From positions 3,286,001 through 3,344,476 of the forward strand of contig NW_026867487.1 in assembly GCF_020745735.1 (NCBI RefSeq): 58,476 nt of DNA, read 5' to 3'. This DNA comes from Hemiscyllium ocellatum. Its lineage: Eukaryota. This document shows, one piece after another, positions 24,660-38,096 of this stretch (position 1 is the first letter of the stretch; each line of letters starts with the position of its first letter). The position numbers were made by a program, and so were the translations under genes. The notes beneath the pieces were generated by a model that ran no database searches, was not told the origin of the DNA, and worked only from the letters and a program-made list of their open reading frames with translations.

Positions 24660-26048
24660 ACTTTTTGATCAGAGGTTGGTCAGTCTTTCGAGGTTTTCTC
24701 AGCATCTTGGAAGTTACTATGTACTTCAGGAAGTTAAACACACACCGAGAGGAAGCCACATTACCATTGGGCTGTCAATCAGTGATTCTCGGAGCTGCTG
24801 AGAAAATAAACTGCAGATTCCTAGATTGTACACAGAAAGAGAACATCATATATTTGGTCACACCCATTTCAATCATTGCCCTAAGCTATGTGCTGTGTTG
24901 GAATTTGTAGCCAATGTAGTTACAGACAGCAGTCCTTTTCCAAGTTTCACATCTGTATCTCCTCCACAAACGGATGAGGTGGGAGTATCCAGAAAGACGA
25001 CATCAGTTTAACGGAGGTGGAGCTTCAGAAAGGAGAATCACTGAAGATGCTGATTCGACGGCTTTGAGAAAATGCTATTTCCATAATTTCATCATTGATG
25101 TGATCACATGAAATGTTTTCTACCTTCTTCGAATAAAACATAGACACCAGGCTGTCTGTTGTTTGTGTGTCCGTATATGAAAGTGCATGTGCATGTTTAT
25201 TAGTGTGTGTTTATGTTTGTGATAACATGTTTAAGCATGTGGAGATTCAATGTAACAGTTGCATTTTCAGTTCTACTTTCACACAGTACTTTAGTTTAAA
25301 CTCCACACTGAGTATGTGTAGCCCCTTGTATTCGCATCCATCTACCGTTTATCTGCTTTTCATCTTCATTCTATCCTTCTTTTAGATTCTTTCAGTATCA
25401 TGGGAATCAACCTCACTTTGATGGGAGATCTCATAATGAAACAAAAATATGTCACGTGGTGGTTCATGTAGTTTCAATTTGAGAAATTTTCGTGTAACAG
25501 CTCTCATCACTGTTTCCACTGTTATTCTTTGGGTTTAACCAAAGCGTTGTGTAAGTGATCCCGGATCTTTGCTTTTGGTTAATGTGTGAATGGGAGAGTA
25601 CCCGTTTCATTTCCTGTGCTGGCCTGCTTAATCACCATAAAGAGGGGAATTGTTGTTTATTTCTGTGTTGCACTCCTGTCAAGTGGGCAATAATGTTAGA
25701 GGTGCAATTAACATTGATTGTCGCCATTACAGCAAATTCTTTCGAAGCAAGTGTCTTAAACTTGAGATTCTGAGGAGTTATTGACGTGCAACGGCAGTGT
25801 GCCGAAATCTGGTTCAAATAGATTCTGGTTCGAGACTCAATAACTCTAAAAGTATCTCATCAAGTCTCTGACCACATTGTTTCGAAATGGAAACACTCTA
25901 TATTCTCTAGATTACAAATCATGGTGAACATTTCCAAATTGAAAATGGAAGCTTGGCAAAATTCACTTTCTTTTATTGGTCATATTTTCAGTACGCAGTT
26001 GTTGACATTGAGATGATGAGTCTGTATGCATAGTTCCTGTTTTCCCGG

Positions 26049-26390
26049 AGTTTCTGGACTGGCTGCCAATTCAATAGTAACTTGATGATAATCGCAGCAC
26101 AGAGATGTATGGCGGCATCAGGTCTCCTGATTTCTTTGACAACAAAAACGCTGTGTTTCTGCTCCCAGAGAAAAGTGGCCCGAATCCTCCATGCTCTGGC
26201 CACCTTGCCAAATGCAGTGCTCAGAACTTGCAGCTCAGTCTGTCACGGCAGCGGCCCACGTTAAGACGTTGAAGAAGGTATGGGTCTGCAGTCATTGTCA
26301 CTGGAATGCCTTCCACAGCCACCAGTGCCAGGGAAGACTGCGTCATCCGCCGTTTGGTCATGAGTTCTGCAACGTAGGACAAATTATGAG
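26049..26390 (-). pseudogene. Decayed V relic (second family)
   Basis: FLWEQKHSVFVVKEIRRPDAAIHLCAAI aligns with the 13.5-kb relic. RSS is CATCAAG/23/CCAGAAACT. Confidence 0.6.
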
Positions 26391-27530
26391 AGACAATAAG
26401 GTTACAAGCATCCTGCTCTGTGGAAATACATTATATTCCCCATCCGAAATTGGCCGTTCATTTAAAAGGTTTTGTATGAGTATACATTCACATTGTTCTC
26501 AAAGTAAGTTTTAAGACATGTCTATTGTCATCACACTGTTGTGGTTGTCTCTCTGGCAGTTAAAAAGAAACATTTGCACACTCACATTAGCCCGCCATGT
26601 GACAGAGTGTCAAATTCACAACATTTGCTTTTATAAAATGTCTACTTGATTCCCGAATGATTCCCCAATGAGGTATGATTGATTCCCTGAGGAGATGTGG
26701 GCTTCGCTGGCTGGCTTGCTCACTCTTAATACACCTGGAGAAGGTAACAGTGACGTGCCTTTTGAAGCTTTTCTCATACTTGCTGCGTATTTGAACATGT
26801 GGAACAGTTGGAGAGAGAATGGCAAGATTTTCATAAAATGAAACTGAAGGAACGGCGTTACATTTCCAAGTTAGAATGGTGAATGACTTGGAAAGGAACA
26901 TGCAGCTGATGATGTTCCCATTTTTATGCTCCCCTGAGTCATCTCGATGTAAGTGGTCGTGGGTTTGTATATGCCTCCTTTTTTTTGGCTTCCCACTTAA
27001 TATTCAATTTTGAAAGGCGTATTTTACAAATCCATTCATAATGTTGACTCCGATTTTGAATTTGAAAAAAGGGCGAGATAGTTTGGAATAACAATCATCC
27101 TGTTGGAGAATAAAGGAACAGATGCGTATTCGCAGAATAAGGAATGACACATTGAAGTTAGGGTGAGAACGCTTTTCTTCTGTCAGTGTGAAAATAATCT
27201 AAGGAATGGTTTGCCATAGATTTTGGGTGCTGATTATATTCAGGCCTGAGATAGACCTGGAAAGAGTAGAGGGCCTGGATTTGTGATCTCGGGAGGTTTC
27301 AAGAGTTTGACGAGTTTAAATTGAAACAGGACACATCCTTAGAAGATTTGATTCGGTGGATCTGTAATCCATGTGCTGATCAGGTCTGTTTTCTCCACCC
27401 TGACTCTCTCTTGACATCCCAACATCACCCCTCTATTCTCTTTATGGAGGTCAACACTCACGCTCACACATAGCCTGTTTATTCGTGTGTGTTGTGTGTG
27501 TGTGTCAACACAGCTAGGTAGTAATGGGTA

Positions 27531-28870
27531 CTGCAGATGCTGAAGATTAGAGTCAAGATTAGAGTGGTGATGGAAAGCACAGCAAGTCAGTTAGCATGCA
27601 AGGAGCAGGAAAATCGATGTTTCGGACAAAAGCCCTTCATGAGGAATGAGGCTGGGAGCCTCAGAGGTGGAGAGATAAATGGGAGATTGGTGGGTGTGGG
27701 GGGAAGGTAACTGAGAGTGCAATAGGTGAATGGCGATTGTTGTGAAAGTGATAGTTTAGAGAGGAGGGTGGACCGGTAGGTGAGAAGGAAGGTTGACAGC
27801 TGGGACAGGTCATGAGGATAGCGCTGAGCTGGAAGGTTGGAACTGGGGTAAGGTGGGGCGTGGAAGGTAAATGAGTAAACTGGTGAAGTCCACATTGATG
27901 CCATGGAGTTGAAGGGTCCTGGGTGGAAGATGAGACTTTCTTCCTCCAGGCGCTGGTTGGTGAGGGAGTGGTGGTAGTGGAGGCCGAGGGCCTACGTCAC
28001 TTTGGCAGAGTGGGAGCGGGAATTGAAATGTTCAGCCATGGGGCGATAAGGTCATTGTTGTGGGTGTCCATGAGTTGTCCTCTAAAGCATTCCACGGGAA
28101 GGCATCCGGTCTCCGCAGTGTAGAAGACACTGCATCAGGAGCAATGGATACAATAAATGACTTGTGGAAGTGCAGGTGAAACTTTGTTGGATGTGGAAGG
28201 CTCCTTTGGGGCCTTGGACGGAGCTGAGAGGGCAGGTGTGGGCGCAGGTTTTACAATTCCTGCGATGACAGGAGAAGCTGTCAGGCATGGAGGGTGGATT
28301 TATGGGGGTAGTGCGGGTGGTGGGGGTGGTGGGCGTGGACCCGACCAGGTAGAAGTGATTGGAACGATCTTTATGGAAATCGGATGTGGTGTTGAATTTG
28401 GAAGTATATCACTGGTGGTGGGGTACGTTTGGAGGTGGCGGAAATGTCAGCAGATGATGTGATTTATGCGGAGGTTGGTGGAGTGGAAGGTGAGGACCAG
28501 GGGTGTTCTGCCCTTGTTTCGGTTATAGAGATGGCATTCGAGGGCAGAGGTGCCGAATGAGATGTGTGGGAGAGCATCTTCGACCATGTGGGCGAGGAAA
28601 TTATGGTTTTCGAAGAAGGAGGCCATCTAGTGTGTTCTCTTGTTGATCTGCTCCTCCTGGACGCAGATGGGATTGAGGCGGAGGAATTGGGAATACGGGA
28701 TAGTATTTTGGAAGAAGGTAGGGAGGATGTGGTGTAATCCAGGTAGCTGTGGGCGTCGGTGAGTTTGTAAGAAATGTCAGCGTGGAGTGGGTCAATGTTG
28801 ATGGAGATGGAGAGATCCAGGAAGGGGAGGGAGATGTCAGAGATGTGGAAGGTGTGATTGAAGTTTGAGC
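27531..28870 (-). mobile_element. Penelope-like element 3' part with terminal repeat
   Basis: Homologous to 14520-15300 and 33850-35013, with the terminal ctgcagatgctg...gcaggaaaatcgatgtttcgg block. Confidence 0.8.
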
Positions 28871-29069
28871 GGGGGAAGAGTTTGGGCTCACAAGCTGTAC
28901 GTGTGGATTGGAAATCTCAGGGGTAGTGTCGAGAACTTGGAGTGAGCCCGGAAATTGTAAAGAACAAGAATTGGCGTCAATTCGGGTAGTGGGACTAAAA
29001 GAGAGAACAACAGTGTTTCTTTTCTGATTTCAATACTCTACTCTGTTCACCAAAACAAAATCTCTTTTT

Positions 29070-29720
29070 ATGAAAACATTGACAGATTCAGAAAGCGTGG
29101 CGCTGGAAAAACACAGCAGGTCCGGTGGCATCATAGGGGCAGGAAAGTCGATGTTTTGGGCATAAACCATTCATCACGTTTGTGGGAGTTTGAAGGGGTC
29201 TGAGAGTTATACGAGTGTTAGTGTAGTTGTAGGTAATGTGGCAGAGAACGTGATACGTGGATGTAGGTGGTGGTTGGTTGTGCTAAGTCAGTGGCGTCGA
29301 TGGGGGGGATAGGTGGGAAGAATGATGTACTGCTAGCACAGGTAACAAGGGTGATGCTGAATTGGAAAGTTGGAGCTTTGATGAGATAGTGGAGGGGGCA
29401 TTTGGAAACTGGTGAAGATGAAGGTGATGCCATATGTTTGAAGGGTCCTAAGTTGGAGGATAAGGCGTTCATTCTCCAATCGTGGGGTAGAAATGATTTA
29501 TCAGTGGAGGAGGCCCAGGGTTTGTATGTCCTTGGGTGGAGTTCGAATGGAGTTGAAGTAATCGGCCACAGAGCTGTGGCGTTGGAGGATAAATGTGGCC
29601 CACAGGTGACACCTGAGATGTTCTGAGAGTTGCTGTTCAGTCTCCTCAATATGGAGGAGACCACATCGAGAGCAATAGATACTGTTGTTGAAGTTGCTGA
29701 ATGGTAAATACTCAAAACAT
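29070..29720 (-). mobile_element. Older Penelope-like fragments
   Basis: Terminal-repeat block at about 29090-29180 and GIY-YIG-like IYCSRCGLLHIEETEQQLSEH (ORF 29501-29746). Confidence 0.6.
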
Positions 29721-29721
29721 C

Positions 29722-31770
29722 GGGGTTTGGCTATCCACAAAACCAAAGATGTCTCTTACTCACGGGGAGGGTCTGATAACTCAACACACATTTATCTACA
29801 GCAGGAAGACCTCAGTGTGGTCTTTCCCCAATGCGCTTTGGCATCCACTGCCCCAATCTTTAGTACATCCCTGAGCACGTTGTCATGGACGCTGGAATTT
29901 ACCAGTTTGCGACACTCAGTCGAGGTCAACTCCTCGTTCTGGAAGACCAACAAATTTCTGGCGGACTGAAGAGCGTCATTCACGACGTTGATGGTCCGTT
30001 CAGGCGCAGCTGATGTCTATCTCGGTGTGTACCTAATGAAAAACAAGTTGAGCACAGAATCCCGCAAGACAGAGCAGCCTGGGAAGAACCTTGACAGAAA
30101 GTGCTGCCTCTTCCTGCAGACATCACTTGCAAAGGCACGTTCCAGAAGGAGATGTAGGACAGTCACAAACCCCCGTAGCAACTTCAAGGAACCAAGTGGT
30201 TGCTGGCGCTGGCGGGCCAGGTATGCCTGAAGGATACCAAAGCTAGTGTCTTTCTCTGCATCAGCCAAGCAATGTATTAGTGCTTGTTGGCAAGTTGTGG
30301 CGATGAGGCAGTTTGCCAAGTAACTTTGACAGTCTGCTCAGGGAAACACACATGATCCATTATCTCCTCTTCTCTCGAGGATACTCCATGCTGACCACTT
30401 CTGATGGAGTTGCGATGAAACGTGTAAATGTCTATACACAGGACAGGGGAAAATGAGTGGACCAACTACTTGGAGTGTTCCACGGTTTCATCCTTCGTAA
30501 TACAGGGGGCAGTGGAACCTCAGTGTATAGTGACATTTGGTGTTTGAGTGCTGAGGGTCTGTGCAAAGCTTGGTGCCGCCACACACAAACGTAGCCAGCA
30601 GGATGACAGGAACATTAGTTACGTTCTTAGGCCTCTTATTTGGAGTTTTGTATATGAATTCCCCACAGAATCGTCTATCTTAGGCTCCTCAATGAAACTG
30701 AAGGTGTCACTGGTGAGCGGAAGATCACAGTTTTGGGTGATGGGTCAGTCTTGTGCAGCGTAGAATAGCAGGGAGAGTGCCTCACAACTGGTGGTCAGTT
30801 TTTACCCACAGTGGGGAGGAAGCAGTGATACCAAAAGATCAGTGTCTGCTTTACTTTGCTTTACTCCTCCCAAGATTTCATCCACGGCCCAGCCCCGATG
30901 AATCATATTCCCAATTTGTCCAGGTAATCGCTCCTGAAGGTGAAAGCAATGAAGGATTGGTCTGCGAAGTTCCCAAAGAACACGGCTTCGTTCCTGCCTA
31001 GATTTACCTTGCCTCTTGAGGTAAGTTTGACATGCTCACAGCTGCTCGCGAGTTTGTGTATTGACAGCAGATCTAAGCAGAAAATAGTGACGTCATTCAT
31101 GTACAAGGTGGCTTTGGCATGCAGTCATCTGCTGCCTGGTGTAGTCGCCCCCCCTCAGGCTGGAATCCTTTTTGATGGACTGCGCAAAGGGTTCTACATA
31201 ATGCACAAACAAGGCAAGGCAGAGTGGGAATCCCTGCCTGACTGCGGATCTGATCCGGAATCTTAAGATTCCCTCCCATTAATTGAGCTTGCACCAACGA
31301 TGTAGGTTTGGAACATTCTGATTCAACTACATAGTCCCTCCCAAATTTAGAGAGCATGTCCCACGTGTAGGTGCGTATTATCCCGTCAATGGTATTCTGC
31401 TCCAGCCTGATGCAGCAGGCCTTCACCCACTTGTCCGCTACGTATGCAACCGCATACCCGAGGAGCACGAGGCTGTCAGTGATGGTTTGCGTAGAACAGT
31501 TTGGACGGCATGAATCATTGAACCCAATGCAGATCTGACAAGTTTGGCCATGATTTTAGGCAGGATTTGGTAGTCTGCATTCAGCAATGATATTGGTTTC
31601 CAATTTCTCATTTTCTCCCTCTCCCCCTTCCGTTTGTAGATGAGAATGATGATAAGTTTCCTGTGGATTCGCCAATGGTACCTGCCAGGTACCTGTCGTA
31701 CATCTCCATCAGGACCCACAGAGCTGAATGCAACTCGGCCGTTATGCTGTCGCTTCAACGAGTTTAATTG
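29722..31770 (-). mobile_element. Tx1/L1-clade fragment, duplicate of 1-2060
   Basis: Same ORF remnants, e.g. RNWKPISLLNADYQILPK. Confidence 0.8.
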
Positions 31771-32210
31771 TTTTCTAAGGACGCAAGGGCCTTGGTCAAC
31801 TTATCCAGAGTTAACAACAGGTCTAGTCTCTCCCAGTGTTCCTGTCTGAGACCTCGTGATAAAGGACAGAAACAACTGGGAGGATAAAAAACAAAAAAAA
31901 AGGATTCACTACAGTAAAGTGTACAGTGAATCTGGGGGTTGTTTGTCATGAATGCAAGTCAATCTACTGGAATTCTGTGTATTCCTTATTTAATGCACTG
32001 ACTGCAGCCCAGATCCAGATGTATATTTCACAGAGAATCTGCTCTTCTCCACCCACACAATAGCATACACCCCCTCCACACCACTCCTCCCCACACACAG
32101 ACCATTGAGGTGAGAATTTCCACAGACACGTGTTCTGTTCATTGTGGGTAGCATATTAGATTGAATGTCTTCAAATAACCGACCGCACTCGGACGCAGAA
32201 GACAGCGACA

Positions 32211-32662
32211 ATGTGGCTACTCATCATCTGCGTTATGTCGGGCGCAATGCTAGCAGGTAAATGTGGAGTAATTCGAATATATATTTCTTTTAAAAAATCG
32301 GTTTTCAACGAGCCTAGCCTGAAACTTTTCAATTGATTTCTGTTTTCCGTTTCAGATCCAAGCAATGGAAATTCTGTCACTCAGTCACTGTCCTCAGCTG
32401 TTCAGACAGAAGGAGAGGCAGTGACTCTACGCTGTACCTATGATACTACATGGAGCGACTATTGGTTGTACTGGTACCACCAGCGCCTGGACAGACAGCC
32501 CGAGTATATTCTGCAGAAAGGTTCTGGTGGCTATGAGGATAAAGCAGATTTTGCGAAAAATCGCTTCTCAGGAGAACTTCAGACCTCGAATAAATTCACC
32601 AGTTTAACTATTACTGGGCTAGAACTGACTGACTCGGCCGTGTATTACTGCGCTCTGCGTGA
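32211..32662 (+). CDS. TRAV/DV: TCR alpha/delta V segment, apparently functional (leader 32211-32256, V exon 32356-32662), paralog of the V at 2503
   Basis: Leader MWLLIICVMSGAMLA, GT/AG intron, open V exon ...TWSDYWLYWYHQ...LQKGSGGYEDKADF...YYCALRD. Confidence 0.93.
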
Positions 32663-32701
32663 CACAGTGATGATAAACAGTCTCTCCACTGTACAAAAAC
32701 T
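32663..32701 (+). promoter_or_regulatory. 23-RSS
   Basis: CACAGTG, 23 nt, ACAAAAACT. Confidence 0.97.
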
Positions 32702-33077
32702 GTCTTTGGACCACAGAGTGTTGGAAGTTACTACGTGGTTTCAGGAACCTGAACAGACACCGAGAGGAAACCAAACTAACCTTGCATCAAACTGTCACTG
32801 AATTGTTTCTTGTGCTGCTTGAGAAAGTAAACTGTGCACTCTGAACTTACGCACCTCCACATCCAGAGAACAAAGAAATCGGAAGTATTTGCCACAGAGT
32901 CTGTGCTATAAGTACATTTCAAACAAGAAACATCCTTAGAAGTTCTGATTAGCTAGATCTGTAATCCACGTGCTGACCACGTCTGTTTTCTCCACACAGA
33001 CTGTCTGTTTCATTCCCATAAGTACTCCTCTGTCCGCCTGACACAGCCCAACACTAACCCCCACACTAACCCTATTT

Positions 33078-33083
33078 GTTTGT

Positions 33084-33118
<35 letters not shown>
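33078..33118. repeat. (TG)n microsatellite
   Basis: Direct reading. Confidence 0.9.
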
Positions 33119-33121
<3 letters not shown>

Positions 33122-33849
33122 ATGCAGCTGTCAGATTGAATGATGCTGCATGCTGTTGCTCTGCCTCTGACTGAACACCTGGTGATTTTCACGATGGTCA
33201 GTTGTCGTAATTTTATCCCACCTACAGAGGGTGACATTTTAGTTCTTTCAACACAGATTGAATGGCAAAGCAAAAACGCTCTGACCATTTAAAATTAAGT
33301 CACAGCTCTGACATATATCTCTCTTTGCATGGAGAGATACTTTCGCACACAGGCGCGTGCATACACACAGCCACAAATGCTAAGTGTGGTGAAGATAGCC
33401 AGTGTAACATTATTCGCTGGAACGGAGGATCCGAATCTGTGAGACATCTCTGTCCAGTGATTCAGAAACGCACCCAAGAGGAGAGGATAATCTTGAGCCT
33501 GTGGAACAGAGAAATAGCAATAGAGGACCATAATAAAGGAGAATTGAGGAAGAGTGATATCAAAGATGTTGTTGGATAACTTTGAGGCTGAGTTCAGTGA
33601 TGTGTAAGGAGAGATCGTAAGTTCAGAGGCCACAGTTGGGGGACTGTCAAGGTAATGTTCGAGGTAAAAATCTGGATGTAGTGCCGCCAGTTTGGGTCAC
33701 ACCTTATCTGGTTATCCTCAAATATGACTTCAGTTGAGGAAAGTTCGAAATGAAAGAGTAGAGTCTTGAGAGTAAAGTGTGCAGCGAATCTGGGTAATTG
33801 TTTATCATGGACGGAGATTAATCTATCAGAATTTTCAATTCTCTATTTT

Positions 33850-35013
33850 AGATGCAGTGACTGTAACACACATATTCCCAATTCCTTCGCCTCCGCTGCA
33901 TCTGCTCCCCGGAGGACCAATTCCAATACCGAACAACCCAGATGGCCTCCTTCTTCAAAGACTGCACTTTCCCCTCAGATATGGTTGACGATGCTCTCAA
34001 CCGCATCTCCTCCACTTCCCGCTCCTCCGCCCTTGAACCCAGCCCCTCCAATCGCCAGAAGGACAGAACCCACTGGTCCTCACCGACCACCCCACCAACC
34101 TTCAGATACATTGTAACATCCTCAGTCATTTCCGCCACCTCCAAACAGACTCCACCACCATGGATGCATTTCCCTCCCCTATCAGCATTCTGGAAAGACC
34201 ACTCCCTCCGCGACTCCCTCGTCAGGTCCACACCTTCCCCCCCCCACCAACCAACCTCCACACCCGGCACCTTCCCCTGTAACAGCAAGAAAGACAAATC
34301 TTGCGCCCACACCTCACTCCACCCACATCACTCCCCTCCAAGGCCCCATGGGATCCTTTCGTATCCGTCACAAATTCACCTGCACCTCCACACACATCAT
34401 TTACTGCATCCGCTGCAACCGATGTAGCCTTCTCTACATTGGGGAGACAGGCCGTCTACTTGCAGAATGCTTCAGAGAACACCTCTGGGACACCTGCACC
34501 AACCAACCCAACCATGGGACACTTTAACTTCCCCTCCAACTCCACCAAGGACATGCATGTCCTTGGCCTCCTCCATCGCCAGACCATGGCAACACGACGC
34601 CTAGAGGAATAGCGCCTCATCTTCCACCTAGGAACCCTCCAACCACAAGGGATGAATGCAGATTTCTCCAGCTTCCTCATTTCCTCCCTCCACCTTATCT
34701 CAGTCCCAACCCTCGGACTGAGCACCGCCTTCTTGACCTGCAATCTTATTCTCAATCTTTCCGCCCCCACCCCGTCTCCGGCCTATCACCCTCACCTTAA
34801 CTTCCTTCCACCTATCGCATTCCTAACGCCCCTCTCCCAAGTCCCTCCTCTCTACCTTTTATCTTAGCCTGCTTGGCACAATTTCCTCATTCCTGAAGAA
34901 GGGCTTATGCCCGAAACGTCGATTCTCCTGCTCCTTGGATCCTGCCAGACCTGCTGCACTTTTCCAGCAACACATTTTGCAGCTCTGATCTCCAGCATCT
35001 GCAGTCCTCACTT
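33850..35013 (+). mobile_element. Penelope-like element 3' part (GIY-YIG region and terminal repeat)
   Basis: MASFFKDCTFPSDMVDDALNRISSTSRSSALEP, a CTSTHIIYCIRC-type GIY-YIG remnant, and terminal ...ctccagcatctgcagtcctcact. Confidence 0.85.
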
Positions 35014-35604
35014 CCTCATAGTTTTTTGGCCTCTCGACTTTTAACAGATTAGAGCACACTTTTGTGCTGCAGGTTTAAGTTAGTGGTAGTGGCGGTGGTT
35101 GGGTGGGGGGGGGGGGGTGTTGGGAGGGGGTGGGAGGAGGATTTACCCAGTGTCGTAAGACTCTAAAATGTGCAACAATTTTCATTAAAAACCTACTAAT
35201 TTTGCATAAAAGTACTTTGTATTGTTCCAGAGCTGGATGTCTGAAGAGAAATGGATATGTGCAAGCATCCTTTGTGTTTATCAACACCAGAACAATTCAT
35301 CAGTGTCTGCGAAACGTGTAAACTAAAAGCTACCTCTAAGCTTACAGTTGACAACTGACAAGATTGGAAATTGTTGACCGTGGGAATTTGAAGGTGAGTG
35401 TTCAAACATGACTCTCTTCTGTGTCTGTGTGAGAGTTCAGAGCCTTCAGTTTATTTTTTTTTAGAGCTCCAGGAAACCGATGGCTATCAGTTTGATCAGG
35501 GTTAATTGGGTTTCCTCTCTGAACGAGTTTGAACAGATCATTGCAATAGCCTGTGAATCAGGCCAAGTCCAACAGAGAAAAGAAAACAAAATTATGGTTC
35601 AGGG

Positions 35605-36064
35605 AAATTTTCTGCAGTGGTGAGACAGTTTCTTATCACGCTGTCATCCAATAAAATGCAGTAATACATGGCAGTGTTCAAGGAGCTGTAGCCTGTTTAT
35701 AGTCAAACTGGTAAATTTCTTTCAGGTTTGAAGTTCCATATAGAAATGATTTTACGTATATTTGCTTTATAATCAGAACAATCAATACCCTTCCCCACAA
35801 TAAGCTCGGGCTGTGAGTTTGGGTGCTGTCGGTTCCAGTATAACGCATAGTAGCTTGCTGTAGTTTCACAGTTACAACTTAGAGTCACCTCATCTCCTTC
35901 TCTCCGAATGTCTGACCGACAGAATCTTGATGACTCAGGTCTGAAAGAGAAAACCTGTCAGACCGGGTTCAGTTTAAACTATGATGAAGAAATGCGAAAT
36001 GCACTCCTTCGTATTTACCTGTTAGACTTGCTGCACACAGAACCGAGCTGGTGACTGACCACAT
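35605..36064 (-). pseudogene. TRAV/DV: Inverted TCR alpha/delta V pseudogene (leader 36064-36019, V exon 35940-35644)
   Basis: Leader MWSVTSSVLCAASLT with GT donor. V exon EVTLSCNCETTASYYALYWNRQHPNSQPE...AMYYCILLD has an FR1 deletion, frameshifts and a stop. RSS is CAGCGTG/23/AGAAAATTT. Confidence 0.9.
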
Positions 36065-36254
36065 TGTTGGGATCCTCTGCATAATGGATATTTGAGGACA
36101 CCCATTCTATAAGCCCCTACCCATGGTAAAATGCCATTGTACCAATAGAGATTGAAAAAGTATCTCAACTTTATCCCCAAAAGATAATATTATCTACTGC
36201 TTGATTTGTTCACTTGGGCCACGTGATCTCACCTGCCTGATGTAGTACTTATAA

Positions 36255-36595
36255 CTTGACATCTCGACAGGTTGCAAACATGCGCTTGGGTCCAGCAAGT
36301 CCACGCTGACCCCCTGAAGTGTAACCGATCCAGACCCATTTCCTTATTTCTCTACATTTCTCCTGACTAAAACACCTAACACTACCGGCAATTTGGCATG
36401 ACCAATTCTTCAACCCTGGACATCTTGGGAGTATGGGAGGAAACCGAAGCACCCGGAGGAAACCTGCACAGACATAGGGAGAAAACGCAAACTCCACACA
36501 GGCAGTTGCATGACGCTGGAATCAAAGGCAGGTTACTGGCACTGTGAGGCTGCAGAGGTAACCACTGAGCCACTGTGTCGACCAACCCGCATGCC
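36255..36595 (-). mobile_element. HE1/V-SINE, diverged
   Basis: ggaggaaaccgaagcacccggaggaaacc and accactgagccactgtg. Confidence 0.7.
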
Positions 36596-38096
36596 CCTGC
36601 AAGAGGTTGTGGTGAACTATTGTTTCAAATGGCTGCATCACTTGGTGTGGAGCTAGATAGGATATTGGAAAGGAAGAGAAGGCAGAATACTGTTCTGCTG
36701 ATACTGAAGGACGGGTGATACATTTCCAAGTGAGGATGGTGTGTGATTGGAGGGGAACTTCCCATTGATATTTTGCCAATCGCTCTGCTGCCCTTATCCT
36801 TCCACATGGAAATATGCATTCACTTAGAAGATGCTAGCAATTTCTTTCCTTCACTTGCGTCCCGACACTCAATTATAAATTAATAATGAGCAATAATTGA
36901 GCAATAATGTCGTCTCAAAATGAAAATATGAAAAGACCACATGATGTCTGACGATGATAATCAAAAATATAACTAACGTGGGATGATTGCTTTCACATTC
37001 TGGATAATCAATGATAATTGCACTCGCATTTTCATGCCTTATTTTCAGGAGGAAACTTTCAGAAATAAATAACGGCTTTCCTCTTTACAGTGCAGAAATG
37101 GCCAGTGCAGGAAGTGTTGTTTATACATTTTGATGATCAAACTAACTAAAAGGCATTGTCCTGGGATTTCAATTATTTGAATCGGCACGTACATGTATTA
37201 GTGCAAGTGTGTGCACGTGTATGTGTTTGTGTGTGTGTATGTGCACATGTGAGTGCATAACAACATTTTGTTGTGCATATTTGATTTGATATCTTTATGT
37301 ATGTGTTTCGACGTGCTCTGCTGTGTGTTGTTCTGTCTGTCTTACTGTCTGATGGGAAACGCATTCAAATGTTTAGAAACATGCATCTGGAGAGTTTTAT
37401 CTAGGATGTCCTGTCAACCCAGAGGCAGTTGGCTGTCGTCTTTTGTTATAAATTGAGTAGAGGGGTGAAAGCGAATGTGTAGATTAAAGAAAAACTCAAA
37501 GTATTTTTCCTTGGTTCACTCCTTCCTCTTCAACTCGATATAATTCCACTGTCTGCAGGCAGGTGTCCGTTACTTCACAAGAAGAAGGTCAAATTAATCA
37601 GTGATTCAATCAGAGAGACGATAGCAACATGCAGCACAACTCACACGGACAGTATCAACAACGCACATACAGCGACAATGTGCAGCATTTACTGGTCTCA
37701 ACTTGTATGAGCAGCTGAGATTCATAAATTCACTACAGACGTTCTCACGGTTATTTTGTTCTTTGCTTCTCTTGTTTCACACGCCTATCATTCTGAGCCG
37801 ACCTTTCCACATCTCCCATGTCAGTTTCTCGGAGTAGCAATCCACAGGTTGGTTCGAGGGTGCGTTTGTTGAAGGTTAGTTTTTGAATCAGGAATGCACT
37901 GGGCACATTGGACAGATCTTGCAATGTGATGAAGATAATCCTTAGGACAGAGTCAAAGTTACATCTCCTTAAATGACAAGCTGTACATCAGCTGTCTCCC
38001 CAATGCTGGAAAACTAGATCAGATTTTTCATCTGTTCATGACCATGAATAGACATTCATTTCCACTTTTGGATTCGAAATGATCGTCCTGCATGAT

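Larger units (their letters stand above)
29722..32860 (+). repeat. Direct segmental duplicate of 1-3180 (Tx1 fragment, V gene and 3' flank)
   Basis: Collinear identity from ggggtttggctatcc to gcacctccac. Confidence 0.95.

Noticed and set aside
35093-35140. G-rich tract with G-quadruplex potential
   Set aside because: Simple low-complexity sequence beside a retroelement end, with nothing to suggest function.
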